Below are positions 9,274 through 18,765 of a DNA stretch of 64,000 nucleotides, in pieces. Every line of letters starts with the position of its first letter. The stretch's first letter is position 1. The translations under genes were made by a program, and so were the position numbers. This DNA is from Pseudomonadota bacterium (GTDB lineage: Archaea; Thermoplasmatota; SW-10-69-26; JACQPN01; JAJPHT01): positions 32,001 to 96,000 of the forward strand of contig JAJPHT010000030.1 in assembly GCA_021325135.1 (NCBI GenBank), read 5' to 3'. The notes beneath the pieces were generated by a model. The model did not search any database. It had not been told where the DNA came from and saw nothing but the letters and a program-made list of their open reading frames with translations.

Positions 9274-10062
9274 TCACGGCTCGGCGAGATTGACCTGAAG
9301 GGGTTCGGAGGAGAGAATCCGCGTGTGGGTCGCGCGACTCTCCCCGATGGCGTGGCGGTACCGGGCCTCAGTGGGGTCGTGGGCATACACGTCGGAGGTC
9401 GTCTCGACGTGGTTGCGCGCGACGATGTGGTAGCGACACGTGCCAGGTTGGGGCACGGCGCCGGCGCGGTGGACGCCTTCGCGCAGGAGGAAACTCCAGG
9501 GGCTCGGGTTCGGGTTACCCTCCACGTCGTGGAAGGCGCCGTGGTCGCGCCGCATGGCTTCGTCCGGGTACGTCCACACGCTGACCTCGAAGGCGTCGTT
9601 CTCGCTCGCGTAGAGCCGGAAGGCGGACCGGATGAGGTACTCCGCCGCGCGCGGGTCGACGCCTGGGGCGTGGGTCAGGTGGGGCAGGTGGGTTGCCATG
9701 AAGCGCTCGGCGGCCTCGTCGGCGGCTCGGCGGGCGGCCTTGGCGCGGCGGATCGTGAGCACGCGCCCGGGGCCCACGGGGGGCGCGGCGTGGACGAAGC
9801 GGCGCTTGGGAGCGTCGTAGCGGAGGCCGAGGAGGTCTTCGAGGGGGCCCAGGTCGATCCACCCCCGGAGGCTGCGCAGGCGGGGGAGGTTGGGGTCCGT
9901 CTCGTCCTCGATGGTCTCTTGGAAGTCGTCCAGGAGCCCTTCGAGGATGTCGTCAAGCTGGTCAAGGAATTCGGTGGCGGCGCGTCGCTCGGGTCCTCCC
10001 AGGGACGTGGCAGCTTGGAGGGCTTGTCGAAGCGTGGTCGAGATGTTGGTGGGAATTGGCAT
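9274..10062 (-). CDS. hypothetical protein
   Basis: Start MPIPT supported by motif 10078-10090. Confidence 0.7.
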   Translation of the reverse strand: MPIPTNISTTLRQALQAATSLGGPERRAATEFLDQLDDILEGLLDDFQETIEDETDPNLPRLRSLRGWIDLGPLEDLLGLRYDAPKRRFVHAAPPVGPGRVLTIRRAKAARRAADEAAERFMATHLPHLTHAPGVDPRAAEYLIRSAFRLYASENDAFEVSVWTYPDEAMRRDHGAFHDVEGNPNPSPWSFLLREGVHRAGAVPQPGTCRYHIVARNHVETTSDVYAHDPTEARYRHAIGESRATHTRILSSEPLQVNLAEP

Positions 10063-10116
10063 CGCGTGGGTCACGAGGGACTTCGTTCACGGGAACGTCA
10101 CGGGAACGGCTCGGCC

Positions 10117-10320
10117 TCAGTGCATTTCGGCGTTGAGGCGTTCCTTGCAGACTTCGAGGAGGTTGTGGGTGCCATCGAGCCGGCGAGTCCGGAGCGCGTC
10201 GTGCCGGCAGCGCTCACGCGCGGCGTCCAGGCTCATCATGGCGGTCTCGATGGCGAGCTGGGCCTGGGCGAGGAGGCTGTCGAGGGAGTCGTGCTCAAGC
10301 GTGGGGGCGGGGACGATCAT
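10117..10320 (-). CDS. small helical hypothetical protein
   Basis: MIVPAP...DGTHNLLEVCKERL; motif 10335-10347. Confidence 0.65.
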   Translation of the reverse strand: MIVPAPTLEHDSLDSLLAQAQLAIETAMMSLDAARERCRHDALRTRRLDGTHNLLEVCKERLNAEMH

Positions 10321-10393
10321 GTTCTTCGAGATCCAGGCTTCGTCCAAGACAAAGGGCAGGTCGCGTTGGAAGCCAGGGAACGATGTGGCGCGC

Positions 10394-10903
10394 TTAGGTG
10401 GGCGTGGGGCGGACCATGCGCGCCATGTTCGCGGGAGCGAGAGTGTCGGCGAGGTGGAACGCGTAGTGCTTCTTCCCTTTCCGGTACACGTCGAGGTACA
10501 TCTCGTCGTGGTGGAGGCCGGCGTTCTTGGCGTACTCGTTGCCTCCGTCCACGCTGACCCGGATGGTGAGGACGTCGCCGGGTCGGAGGAGCTTGGCGAT
10601 GGTTCGCCATTCCTCCTGGACGCGGCAGGAACCGACGTGGCCCGTGGCCGTGACCGCATCAGGAATGGGCCGGCCGTAGGTGACGAAGTTTGCTCTGAGC
10701 CCGTCGATGACGTAGGTTCGCTCGTGGTCGTCGAAGGGGCCGCGGTTCTCGACGCGCTTGGAGGCCCGCATGTGGGCCGTCTCCTGGACCGTCGCATCGG
10801 TGCGATTGCGCCGTGCGACGATGACGAGGTCGTCGGCCTCCCGGAGCGCGCGCAGCGCCATGGGGCTGAGGCCTTCCTCCTGGTTGGGGGGTTGGGTGCT
10901 CAT
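10394..10903 (-). CDS. hypothetical protein
   Basis: 169 aa, ATGA overlap with the upstream gene. Confidence 0.75.
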   Translation of the reverse strand: MSTQPPNQEEGLSPMALRALREADDLVIVARRNRTDATVQETAHMRASKRVENRGPFDDHERTYVIDGLRANFVTYGRPIPDAVTATGHVGSCRVQEEWRTIAKLLRPGDVLTIRVSVDGGNEYAKNAGLHHDEMYLDVYRKGKKHYAFHLADTLAPANMARMVRPTPT

Positions 10904-11244
10904 TCATCCCACGTCCAGGGTCCCTTGATGGCGTGCTGGGCGGCCGCGTGGACGTTGGGCCACTTCTCCAGCCAGGCGCGGCGGCCCGTCACGGTGCCCA
11001 GGACGGCTTGGAGGGTGGCCGCGGTGGTCTGCCAGGCTTCGCGCAGGCGCGCCGCGGCGTGTCCCTCGCAGAGGTCCACGTCGGCGAAGCGATACGCGGC
11101 CAGCGAGGTTTCCTCTTCAAGCTCGTCGGGGTGGTCCTTCTTGCAGAGTTCGCAGCGGATTCCGGTGCGCGCGTCCAAGACTTGGACGGCGCGGCGGATC
11201 TCGGGGGCGAGGTCGGGCTTGGGCGGCTGTTGGATCTTGCTCAT
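10900..11244 (-). CDS. zinc-binding hypothetical protein
   Basis: CELC...LCEGH; motif 11258-11270. Confidence 0.7.
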   Translation of the reverse strand: MSKIQQPPKPDLAPEIRRAVQVLDARTGIRCELCKKDHPDELEEETSLAAYRFADVDLCEGHAAARLREAWQTTAATLQAVLGTVTGRRAWLEKWPNVHAAAQHAIKGPWTWDE

Positions 11245-11287
11245 GGTTCGTTCTCTGAGGCTTGGTCCAATGCGGAGAGAAGACGGG

Positions 11288-11674
11288 TCAGTTCGGAGTC
11301 AAGGGGGCGAGCTGGGCGACCCACCAGGTCGTGTTGCGCAGGGCGCTGCTGTCCTCCGCGGCCTGGTTGGCCTCCTCCGCGCCCGCGAAGGGAGCGGCGT
11401 CGGGGCCCTCGCCGTGGAGGGTAATGCCGTCGAAGGGGTTGCCAGCCGCGATGACGTAGCCGGGACCTGCGCCGGGCGCGCGGTAGCCTTCGACGTGCCC
11501 GCCGAGGGCGACGAGGGCGGCCTCCACCTGGCTCTTGGCCGCGTTGAAGGCGTCCACACTGGGCTCGTCGGGGCTGAGCGTCTCCAGTTCGCGCAGGCAG
11601 CGGTCGACTGCATCGCGCGCTGCTGCGATGCTCTGGGAAGAACGCTGGTTGTGGGACGGGATCATGTTGGTCAT
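11288..11674 (-). CDS. hypothetical protein
   Basis: GNPFDGITLHG motif; motif 11688-11700 upstream. Confidence 0.7.
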   Translation of the reverse strand: MTNMIPSHNQRSSQSIAAARDAVDRCLRELETLSPDEPSVDAFNAAKSQVEAALVALGGHVEGYRAPGAGPGYVIAAGNPFDGITLHGEGPDAAPFAGAEEANQAAEDSSALRNTTWWVAQLAPLTPN

Positions 11675-11757
11675 GGGAACTCTTGATGGGCTTCGGTCAA
11701 GGAAGAAAAGGTCGTGGGCTTGCGGTGACGCCTTGCGTTTCAGCGCGCAGCCGAACC

Positions 11758-12048
11758 TCAGAGGCTGGAGGGATCGATGTTGGCAACTTTGGCGAGCTGG
11801 CGCCGAAGACGCGGGTTCGCCTTCATGGCCATGGCCAACGCCCACGTGGCTTGCTTGCCCGGAACGCCGTGGGCATCGGCGGTTTCGTAGCCGGTAGCGC
11901 TCAAGGTCTGGGGGTGGGGCGTGCCGTCGCTGAGGCTGGGGTCCCGAATGGGGCGGGCGTCTGTCTCTCCGATGCCGACGCTGGGGAAGCCGGCGCGGTG
12001 GAGCTCGTAGAGCAGGCGTGCCGCCTTGCGGAGGTGATCACGCGGCAT
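11758..12048 (-). CDS. hypothetical protein
   Basis: MPRDHLRK..., GGAGGTG SD, overlaps the upstream ORF. Confidence 0.6.
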   Translation of the reverse strand: MPRDHLRKAARLLYELHRAGFPSVGIGETDARPIRDPSLSDGTPHPQTLSATGYETADAHGVPGKQATWALAMAMKANPRLRRQLAKVANIDPSSL

Positions 12049-12286
12049 GCTTGGCACCTCCGGGATGCTTGCGCGCGGCTTCCCGGTAGGCGGGCAGGGC
12101 GCGGTTGTGCAGGTCGGCTGTCTCTTGGGCGAGGCGCCGCGTGCGGAACCAGCCGAAGGTGTGGTCCGGATCGAGGCGCCACGGAATCCAGCGAGGCGTT
12201 TGCACGGCCCAGCCTGACTTGCGGGTGCGACTGCGCACCGCAAGGAAGCAATCCCGCACGTCCGATGGGGCCTGCGAAGGTTCCAT
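12038..12286 (-). CDS. small hypothetical protein
   Basis: TAATG overlap with the upstream stop. Confidence 0.55.
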   Translation of the reverse strand: MEPSQAPSDVRDCFLAVRSRTRKSGWAVQTPRWIPWRLDPDHTFGWFRTRRLAQETADLHNRALPAYREAARKHPGGAKHAA

Positions 12287-12915
12287 TATGATCGCACGTC
12301 CTTGAGACGGCGGATCTCGCTCGCGACGTCCCCAAGGCCGTGCCGAGTGGCGATGGTGGCCGCGGCGTCGAGCACATCGTTCATGGCTTCGCGGATGGAG
12401 CCCTCGACCGAGTCGTAGAGGGCATCCTCGGTCCGATCCGATGCCCCGGCGAGGGCTTCCTTCGTGTACTCGTCGCTGGACCGGATGGCGATCGGTTCGG
12501 GCGAGGCATCTGGGTCGCCCTCGGACGGGTCCATCGGATCAGGTGCGGCTTCCACCGGTCGGGCCTCCAGGAGGATCGTGAAGGGCCCGCGCCACGCTCG
12601 GACCCAAGCCGGCGCCCGGGGATCCTCCTTGAGCGCATCGTGGGTGTCCACGACGGGGCCGTGCTCGGTCTTCTTCCGAAGCTCCTCGAGGTAGGATTTG
12701 AGACGCAGGGCGGGTGTGGTCAGGAAGCTCGTGCAGTCCCACTCGGTCGGGCCTTCGGGATCGACGCCGACGGCGTTGTTCTGAATCCAGGCCTCGGGCT
12801 GGAAGGTCGCGACGTAGCGCCGGGGTTGGTCCGGCTGAGGCGTGCCCTGTGGCGTCGCGGCAGGATCCGGCACGCGGGCGTCCTTGTCCGGCTGGCGCTT
12901 GCGGCGCGGGCTCAC
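12286..12915 (-). CDS. hypothetical protein
   Basis: GTG start with GAGGTGA SD; FQPEAWI..VDPEG..WDCT...APAWVRAWRGPF. Confidence 0.7.
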   Translation of the reverse strand: MSPRRKRQPDKDARVPDPAATPQGTPQPDQPRRYVATFQPEAWIQNNAVGVDPEGPTEWDCTSFLTTPALRLKSYLEELRKKTEHGPVVDTHDALKEDPRAPAWVRAWRGPFTILLEARPVEAAPDPMDPSEGDPDASPEPIAIRSSDEYTKEALAGASDRTEDALYDSVEGSIREAMNDVLDAAATIATRHGLGDVASEIRRLKDVRS

Positions 12916-13430
12916 GCCGTCACCTCGGCGTGGATTTCTCCGCTGTCCATGTGGAGCAGGAGGCCTTCGCCCAGGCGGATCCCGCCGGGAGGCATGGGGC
13001 CGCGGCCGGGAATGCAGTAGCGCACGCCTTGCCATGCCCAGCCGCGCATGAGCGGGTCGTCGGGATCCTGGAAGAAGGTCGCGCGCCCCAAGCGGTACCG
13101 CACCGGCGGCAGGGTGCCGCGGGGCAGGAGGGTGGGAACGAGTCCGAGGTGATGGTTCAGAAGGCCAGCCTTGGGTTCACCTTCGAGCAGGCGGCCAGTA
13201 CCGAAGCTCATGAAGGCCGAGCCGGCAGGGTCGAGTTCATGCGCCTTGGCCCGCGCGAGGGCGACCCACGCCATGGCATCAGCGTGCTCGGCGTATGGCC
13301 CCACCACGAGGAGCCACTGGGCCCTGCCCCGCGCCGCGGTGACGTAGTAGGGACCGGGTTGGTTGTCGGGCACGCCATAGTCGGGCAGGAGTGGATTTGT
13401 GTAGCGATCAGGGTCGAACAGGATGGTCAT
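12912..13430 (-). CDS. hypothetical protein
   Basis: YYVTA..LVVGPY..HADA; motif plus AGGAG SD. Confidence 0.75.
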   Translation of the reverse strand: MTILFDPDRYTNPLLPDYGVPDNQPGPYYVTAARGRAQWLLVVGPYAEHADAMAWVALARAKAHELDPAGSAFMSFGTGRLLEGEPKAGLLNHHLGLVPTLLPRGTLPPVRYRLGRATFFQDPDDPLMRGWAWQGVRYCIPGRGPMPPGGIRLGEGLLLHMDSGEIHAEVTA

Positions 13431-13466
13431 TCGTCTCCTTCGTCGTCTTCGTTCAAACGGGACTGC

Positions 13467-13703
13467 TTATCCTTCGGAGGGCTCGATGCCCCGAGTCTTC
13501 ATCAGGGGAGATCGAAGGGCTTCCGAGGCCTCTGTGACGAGGCGCGAGACTTCATCGAGGCAGGCGATGCCGGCCTCGAACCGGCCCGCGCCGACTTCTT
13601 GCTCGGCCCAACGGAGCCGGGCGTGGAGAGTCTGCATCGTATTCTCGTAGCAGAACTCGGCGTCGGTAGTGAACCTCTTGGTGACCGAAATGGCGTTGCG
13701 CAT
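13467..13703 (-). CDS. small hypothetical protein
   Basis: Start MRNAIS defined by motif 13717-13729. Confidence 0.6.
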   Translation of the reverse strand: MRNAISVTKRFTTDAEFCYENTMQTLHARLRWAEQEVGAGRFEAGIACLDEVSRLVTEASEALRSPLMKTRGIEPSEG

Positions 13704-13810
13704 GTCTTCATCGATCGGGCTTCGTCCAGAGGAAACCTCTACGAATTGGGGCTTGGCGCTTGGCGGCCTTGTGGCCGAGGCGTCCTTCAGCGGCGCGAGC
13801 CGAAGAGGTC

Positions 13811-14116
13811 TCAAGCCGCGGCATCGTCGTGGAGCGTGACCTCGTAGCCGACGATGTCGGCGAGGATTGCGTTCCAGGTGAGCTTCGTCATGGGTCCGTC
13901 GGCGAGGTCGTTGCCTTTCTTGTCGTGGGTGCTCGCGATGCAGCCCAGGTAGTTCTCGTCCGCGGAGATGTGGTAGCTGGCCTGGGCCGTGGTCAAGGTG
14001 AAGGCGACGCTGCCGTCTGGCTCCACGTCGAAGTTGATCGCGTCGGCGTGGAGGAACTTGCTTTGGTTGATCCAGTGACGGAGGCGGCGAAGGATGCGCT
14101 TGTTGGTGGTTATCAT
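13811..14116 (-). CDS. hypothetical protein
   Basis: YLGCIAS..GNDLADG motif; motif 14131-14143. Confidence 0.75.
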   Translation of the reverse strand: MITTNKRILRRLRHWINQSKFLHADAINFDVEPDGSVAFTLTTAQASYHISADENYLGCIASTHDKKGNDLADGPMTKLTWNAILADIVGYEVTLHDDAAA

Positions 14117-14252
14117 GATGGCCGCGCGAATGGCTTTGTCCAGGCGAGATGGAAATTAGCGGGGCATGATGGAGACGGCGTTGGCGGAGCCGCACTTGCG
14201 GCATCGGAATTCCCCAATCGCGGCGTTCCGTTCGTCGTTCGCGCCTGGCGGA

Positions 14253-15077
14253 TCACTGGTGGCGCGTGCAGGCAGGGCCCTCGGGCGTCAGGCGGACCGC
14301 GTCTCGGTCGCAGGCGTGGCACGTCAGGAGGCCCGCCAGGACGCCGGCGCCGGGGTTGTCATCAGCACGGAGGCTGACAGGGCCATCCCAAATGGGCGTG
14401 GAGGTGTCCCTCGCCTCGTGGCCATGCAGGACACTCGTGCAGGCGAGGCAGACGCCTTCGATGGGCGTCTCGCCCTCGGAGGACGACTCATCGGCCCAGA
14501 TCCGCTCGAGGTCTGTGTGGTCGCAGTTCGGTTCGTAGGGCGGCGCGTTTCCCATCAAGCGCAACGCGAGGGCGGCGCCGATCTTGATCGGCGGGGGGAC
14601 AGGTTGGCCCGCGGCTTCGAGGTCGCGGAGCTGATCGACGAGATCCCGCAGGCCGCTGGCGGCCTCATCGAGATCCGTGGCTGGCACACGCTCGCCCTGG
14701 GTGCTCGTGGCGGGCATCGGAAATCGTGGGGCGGCCGGGGCCGTTGGGGCCGGGCGGCTGACGCCCAAGGCGTGGCGGCCCTGGGGGAAGCGCTCCATGT
14801 GGCGAAGTACGGTCTCGTAGGCGTGGAGCGCGCCGTACTCGTAGTTGGTGGCCGCGTCTTGATCGGCCCGGGGTAGGTCGCCCAAGGAGCTGGCGCTGAC
14901 GGCCGCGTACGCCTCGCTGAGGTCGCACGGCTCGGCCCTGCGGGCCGCTTCTGCGGCTTCGCGCGTCTGGAGCGTTCGCTCGGCCTTGAGCCAGGACGCG
15001 AGAGAGGGCCAGTCGCGGATCACCGTGGAGCGCTCGTGCGACGTGGTTCGGGCTGATTCCAGGTCTGGGATGTTCAT
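14253..15077 (-). CDS. Cys-containing hypothetical protein, possibly frameshifted at the C-terminus
   Basis: Start MNIPD via motif 15092-15104; CLAC and CHAC motifs. Confidence 0.65.
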   Translation of the reverse strand: MNIPDLESARTTSHERSTVIRDWPSLASWLKAERTLQTREAAEAARRAEPCDLSEAYAAVSASSLGDLPRADQDAATNYEYGALHAYETVLRHMERFPQGRHALGVSRPAPTAPAAPRFPMPATSTQGERVPATDLDEAASGLRDLVDQLRDLEAAGQPVPPPIKIGAALALRLMGNAPPYEPNCDHTDLERIWADESSSEGETPIEGVCLACTSVLHGHEARDTSTPIWDGPVSLRADDNPGAGVLAGLLTCHACDRDAVRLTPEGPACTRHQ

Positions 15078-15124
15078 GGTTCTCTGAAAGGGGGCTTCGT
15101 CCACTGGCGTGCAGGGGCGCTGGA

Positions 15125-15775
15125 TCAGTCGAGCGGAGCAATGATGCGGGGCGGACGCCCCTCGGCGCGGTCTACGTACTCGTTGCGGCTGGCCTTCGTG
15201 GGCCGGACCATGACGCCTTGGTGGTGGACCGCGCCGGTCGGGATTCCGAGTAGGCGCGCGAGTTCCGCGCTGTCCTCCTCGGTCATGCTCGATCCGTTGC
15301 GTCGCTTGGGCGGGCTCGTGATGGTGAGCCACTGCGAGGTCGTGCCGCGTCCGTGCGTGACGCTCCACGCCTTCGAGGAACGCTTCGCGAGGCCCTCCCG
15401 GATGCGCACGATGGCGCTCTCGCGGTCGATCTCCTCTAGCTCGACGGGCGAGACGGCACCGCCCCCGGAGGCGACGGCTCCAAGGGCAGGGGTGGGGCTG
15501 TCTGGCAGTTCGGCGGCGTGGAGCACATCGATGTCGAGCCAGCCCGTCCCGGGGGAGCGTCCCCATGTAGTGGCCGCCGCGAAGGCGGTCTCCAGGAGCT
15601 TGCGCTGCTCGGGCGTGACGGGGTGACCCTCGGGGCAGCCCCACTGGGCCGGCAACGCGTCGTGGTCGAAGACGACGTCCTTGAGGACGAGGGTCATGTG
15701 TTCGATGGTGAAATCGCAGGGAATCGTTGCCTCGATGGGCTTGAAACAGGTTTGACATTCGAAGGGAGACGGCAT
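15125..15775 (-). CDS. hypothetical protein (CQTC..CPEGH)
   Basis: Motif plus AGGAG SD; WSVTHGRGT..W..I..PP. Confidence 0.75.
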   Translation of the reverse strand: MPSPFECQTCFKPIEATIPCDFTIEHMTLVLKDVVFDHDALPAQWGCPEGHPVTPEQRKLLETAFAAATTWGRSPGTGWLDIDVLHAAELPDSPTPALGAVASGGGAVSPVELEEIDRESAIVRIREGLAKRSSKAWSVTHGRGTTSQWLTITSPPKRRNGSSMTEEDSAELARLLGIPTGAVHHQGVMVRPTKASRNEYVDRAEGRPPRIIAPLD

Positions 15776-15817
15776 GGGTACTCCTATGGGCTTGGTTCGA
15801 CGATGGGGGGCGCGGGG

Positions 15818-16999
15818 TCACTTGCTGGTGGCGGGCTGGACGATCTGGATGAGGCCCTCCGCATCGGCGCCGTACCAGCCGCGTGCAGCAGCGATGGCTT
15901 CCGCGCGCGTGTCGTAGTTGTCGATGTCCTTCCAAACGCCGGGGCCTTGGTCGGGATCAGGCAGGGAGACGTAGTGGCGCAGGCCGTCCTCATCGTCCTC
16001 TTGCTGGTTGACCAGACAGATGCGGCCCTCGTCGTCCGCTCCCCAAGTGGTCTTCGCGTACTCCACGGCGGCCTGCTTCGTAGCGAGCGTGTCGAGGCTG
16101 CGCCAGACGCCGTCGTGCCGTGTGTGGTCGGGGAGGAGGACCTCGTAGGGTGAGGTGGGCTCGCGCGCTTCTTGGGCTACGGCGAGGAAGATGTCGCTGA
16201 TCTGCTGCATGCTCTTCGAGAGCTCGCGAGTGGCCGCCTCGAAGAGGATGTCCTCGTCCAAGGCGCCGGCCTGCCGTGCCGCGAGGAGGGCCTCCTCCAC
16301 TTCTGCCAAGACGATGGCTGGAAGGCCGGATGCGTTGGGCGTGAGGGCGTCTGGGTCTCCCGTGGGGCCTTCGAACCCACGAGATGCCAGCGCAACGAGG
16401 CGGGCACGGGCGCGGCTCGTGGCGGGGTTGTCCTTCTGCGCGCTCGCGGAGGTGTCCTGGTGGTCGGCTGGGGCTTCGATCTTGGCGATCCCGGCGCCAT
16501 GGACCACTTCAAAGGATCGGAGGGCATCGTCGAGGCGCTGCACGAGTCGGTGCGGGTCTTCGCCCGTGATGCGGGTGCAATCTTGGGCGTCGTCGCGAAG
16601 GCGACGAAGCACCGGCGGCGTGATGGCGTCGAGGTCAGGCAGGAGGGCGCAGAGTTCCGCGTAACGCCCGTGGGCTTCCATGGCTGTGAGGGTGGTGCAG
16701 TAGCGCGACATGTCGTATTCGATGCGCAAGACTGCCTCGGCGCGTGACAGGTCAAGGCCCTCGGCGCCGTTCCAGTCGGGCACGCCGATGGCGCGCAGCT
16801 GGTCGAGCATCTCACGGAGCGTACTCAACGCCCCTATCGTAAGTTCGACAAGGTCTTCGGGTTTCACGAGGCAACCCTGGATGAGGTGGCCCTCGGAGCC
16901 CACGAACGTGAGCGCGTTGAGGATCTCGCAGGGTGATCGCCCTTGGCGGCTCTTGATGGCCACCAGGGCGAGGAGCTGGTCGCGGGTGTCGGGTTTCAT
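15818..16999 (-). CDS. hypothetical protein with tandem C-terminal ~50-aa repeat
   Basis: Start MKPDT via motif 17017-17029. Confidence 0.75.
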   Translation of the reverse strand: MKPDTRDQLLALVAIKSRQGRSPCEILNALTFVGSEGHLIQGCLVKPEDLVELTIGALSTLREMLDQLRAIGVPDWNGAEGLDLSRAEAVLRIEYDMSRYCTTLTAMEAHGRYAELCALLPDLDAITPPVLRRLRDDAQDCTRITGEDPHRLVQRLDDALRSFEVVHGAGIAKIEAPADHQDTSASAQKDNPATSRARARLVALASRGFEGPTGDPDALTPNASGLPAIVLAEVEEALLAARQAGALDEDILFEAATRELSKSMQQISDIFLAVAQEAREPTSPYEVLLPDHTRHDGVWRSLDTLATKQAAVEYAKTTWGADDEGRICLVNQQEDDEDGLRHYVSLPDPDQGPGVWKDIDNYDTRAEAIAAARGWYGADAEGLIQIVQPATSK

Positions 17000-17142
17000 G
17001 GTCTTCAGATCGCTTGGGACTTGGTTCAGGCCCTTCGACCGGGGCGGTCGGCGGGATAGGCAAGGAACACGCCAGGGCAAGGGGTCCACCGCTGGTAGCA
17101 TGGGGCTTGGTTCCATGCAGGCGGGGTATCGACGAGCCCGCG

Positions 17143-17667
17143 TTATTCGGAAGCGCCGGGGTGCTTTGGGGACGGGGCTCGGAGGGCGCCGATGGTGTGG
17201 GGGAGGCGGCCTTGGCCTGCGAGTCGGAGGAAGGTCTCGCCATGCCGGGCGAACCAGGCTCGTCCGGCCTTCGTCAGTTCCACGCGGCATGGCTGCGTGC
17301 GCTTGTCGAAGCGGGCGAGTTCGGGGTAGCCTGCGGAGCCGCCCAAGGAGTAGGGCGCGTTGTAGGAGAGGTCAAGGATCGATACGTGGCCGCTCTGGGG
17401 CGCGAAGCCTTGACGGCGCATTTGGTTCTCGACCTCCCCGCGGGTGGGTCGGCTTCGTCCGGGCCGCTGGAGCGTGTGGAGCGCTGCGACCAGGTGGGCG
17501 AGCTTGACGCTCAGGCCGCCCGTGGCCCGGCGCTGGAAGTCACGGACATCCGCGCGGGAGCGGCGCGAAAGAAAGCGTCGGAGCGCTTCCTCGTCCACGT
17601 GCCAGAGCGCGGCCATTTCCGCGAGGCGCGGGAATTCGGTCTGGATCTTGGGAGAGCCTGTTCTCAT
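17143..17667 (-). CDS. hypothetical protein, possibly winged-helix
   Basis: VELTKAGRAW wing-like end; motif 17683-17695. Confidence 0.6.
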   Translation of the reverse strand: MRTGSPKIQTEFPRLAEMAALWHVDEEALRRFLSRRSRADVRDFQRRATGGLSVKLAHLVAALHTLQRPGRSRPTRGEVENQMRRQGFAPQSGHVSILDLSYNAPYSLGGSAGYPELARFDKRTQPCRVELTKAGRAWFARHGETFLRLAGQGRLPHTIGALRAPSPKHPGASE

Positions 17668-17691
17668 GGTGGATACAACGTGGGGCTTGGG

Positions 17692-17892
17692 TCAGGGGGC
17701 GCGGATACGAGAAGAGATGGGGTTGGTCTCGCCGCGCTTCCAGCGCAATTGCATGGTGTGGGCGGGGTTGCTCGCGAAATGCTGGAGGGCGACGTCCAAA
17801 GCGACGGCGGCGTCGAACCAGGAGCCGCAGCTGCACTCGAAGCCGCATTGGAGGTGGGCATACGGAATGCGGAATTGCCGGGTGGTGCCCAC
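17692..17892 (-). CDS. small zinc-finger-like protein
   Basis: GTG start after GAGGTGA; CSCG..F...HF....H. Confidence 0.5.
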   Translation of the reverse strand: MGTTRQFRIPYAHLQCGFECSCGSWFDAAVALDVALQHFASNPAHTMQLRWKRGETNPISSRIRAP

Positions 17893-17896
17893 GATG

Positions 17897-18478
17897 TCAC
17901 CTCGCTTCGCTGGTGTGCGCGCGGGCGGCCAGCGCGGTCGCCTCGGCCCGGCGCCCGGCGAGGCGGAGCCATTCTTGCAAGGCCTGCATGAGATGCAGCG
18001 CGGCCGCCGGCTCAAGGGGTCCATCCAGGCGGGTCAGGAACTCCGTGGCCGCGAAGTTCAGGGTTCGCCACTCTGGCGTTCCAACGAACCTCAGCGGCGG
18101 CCCTTGGCTGCCCATGCGGGGGTCGGGGTCCCAACCCGCCTGGATGCGAAGCGCGACGGCGCCGGGGTCCGCCATGAGGTAGGCACCGTACTCGGGGGTC
18201 GTGGGCTCGGGCATCTGGCCGGGCACTCGCCAAGTTGCCTCGCCTTGGGCGCTGACGCGTGCTTCGAGGCTGAAGGGAACCGTCTCGAACCGCTCGGGAC
18301 GTCCAGGCGCGCGGATTGCGTAGACGGTTCGGATGGAGCACTCGTGGGCGGATGCGAGGGCGTGCGTCGTCGCGGCTTGGAGCGCGTCTTTGCGCGAGGG
18401 CTCGGTCGTGATGATCGAGGGCTCGGCAGGCGGCTCTGCTTGAACCTGCCAGACTTGGATTCGGGTCGTTCTTGTCAT
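17897..18478 (-). CDS. hypothetical protein
   Basis: Motif 18492-18504 upstream. Confidence 0.7.
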   Translation of the reverse strand: MTRTTRIQVWQVQAEPPAEPSIITTEPSRKDALQAATTHALASAHECSIRTVYAIRAPGRPERFETVPFSLEARVSAQGEATWRVPGQMPEPTTPEYGAYLMADPGAVALRIQAGWDPDPRMGSQGPPLRFVGTPEWRTLNFAATEFLTRLDGPLEPAAALHLMQALQEWLRLAGRRAEATALAARAHTSEAR

Positions 18479-18555
18479 GTGGATTCTCGATGGACTTCGT
18501 GCATGCTGCCCGGGCGTGATTGCCCGGAGGGTAGAGGAGGAGCCAGCCGTGGGTC

Positions 18556-18765
18556 CTACGTGCAGACGGGGGAGAAGTGGCGCAGCGGATCGCAGGCGCC
18601 CTCGTGGGCGTCCGGCGCTCCGAGCGTGTGGCCCAGGAGGTGTTCCTTCAGGTCATGCTCGGGGACGGGATCGCATGCGGGGCTGATGAGGCACCGGAAG
18701 TGCCTCACTCCCTGGGCGAGCGTCGCTTCGGCGGCCTGGGTCAAAGGGGACAGAATGGGCGTCAT
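18556..18765 (-). CDS. small Cys/His-rich protein
   Basis: CLISPAC...HLLGH; ATGA overlap. Confidence 0.5.
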   Translation of the reverse strand: MTPILSPLTQAAEATLAQGVRHFRCLISPACDPVPEHDLKEHLLGHTLGAPDAHEGACDPLRHFSPVCT

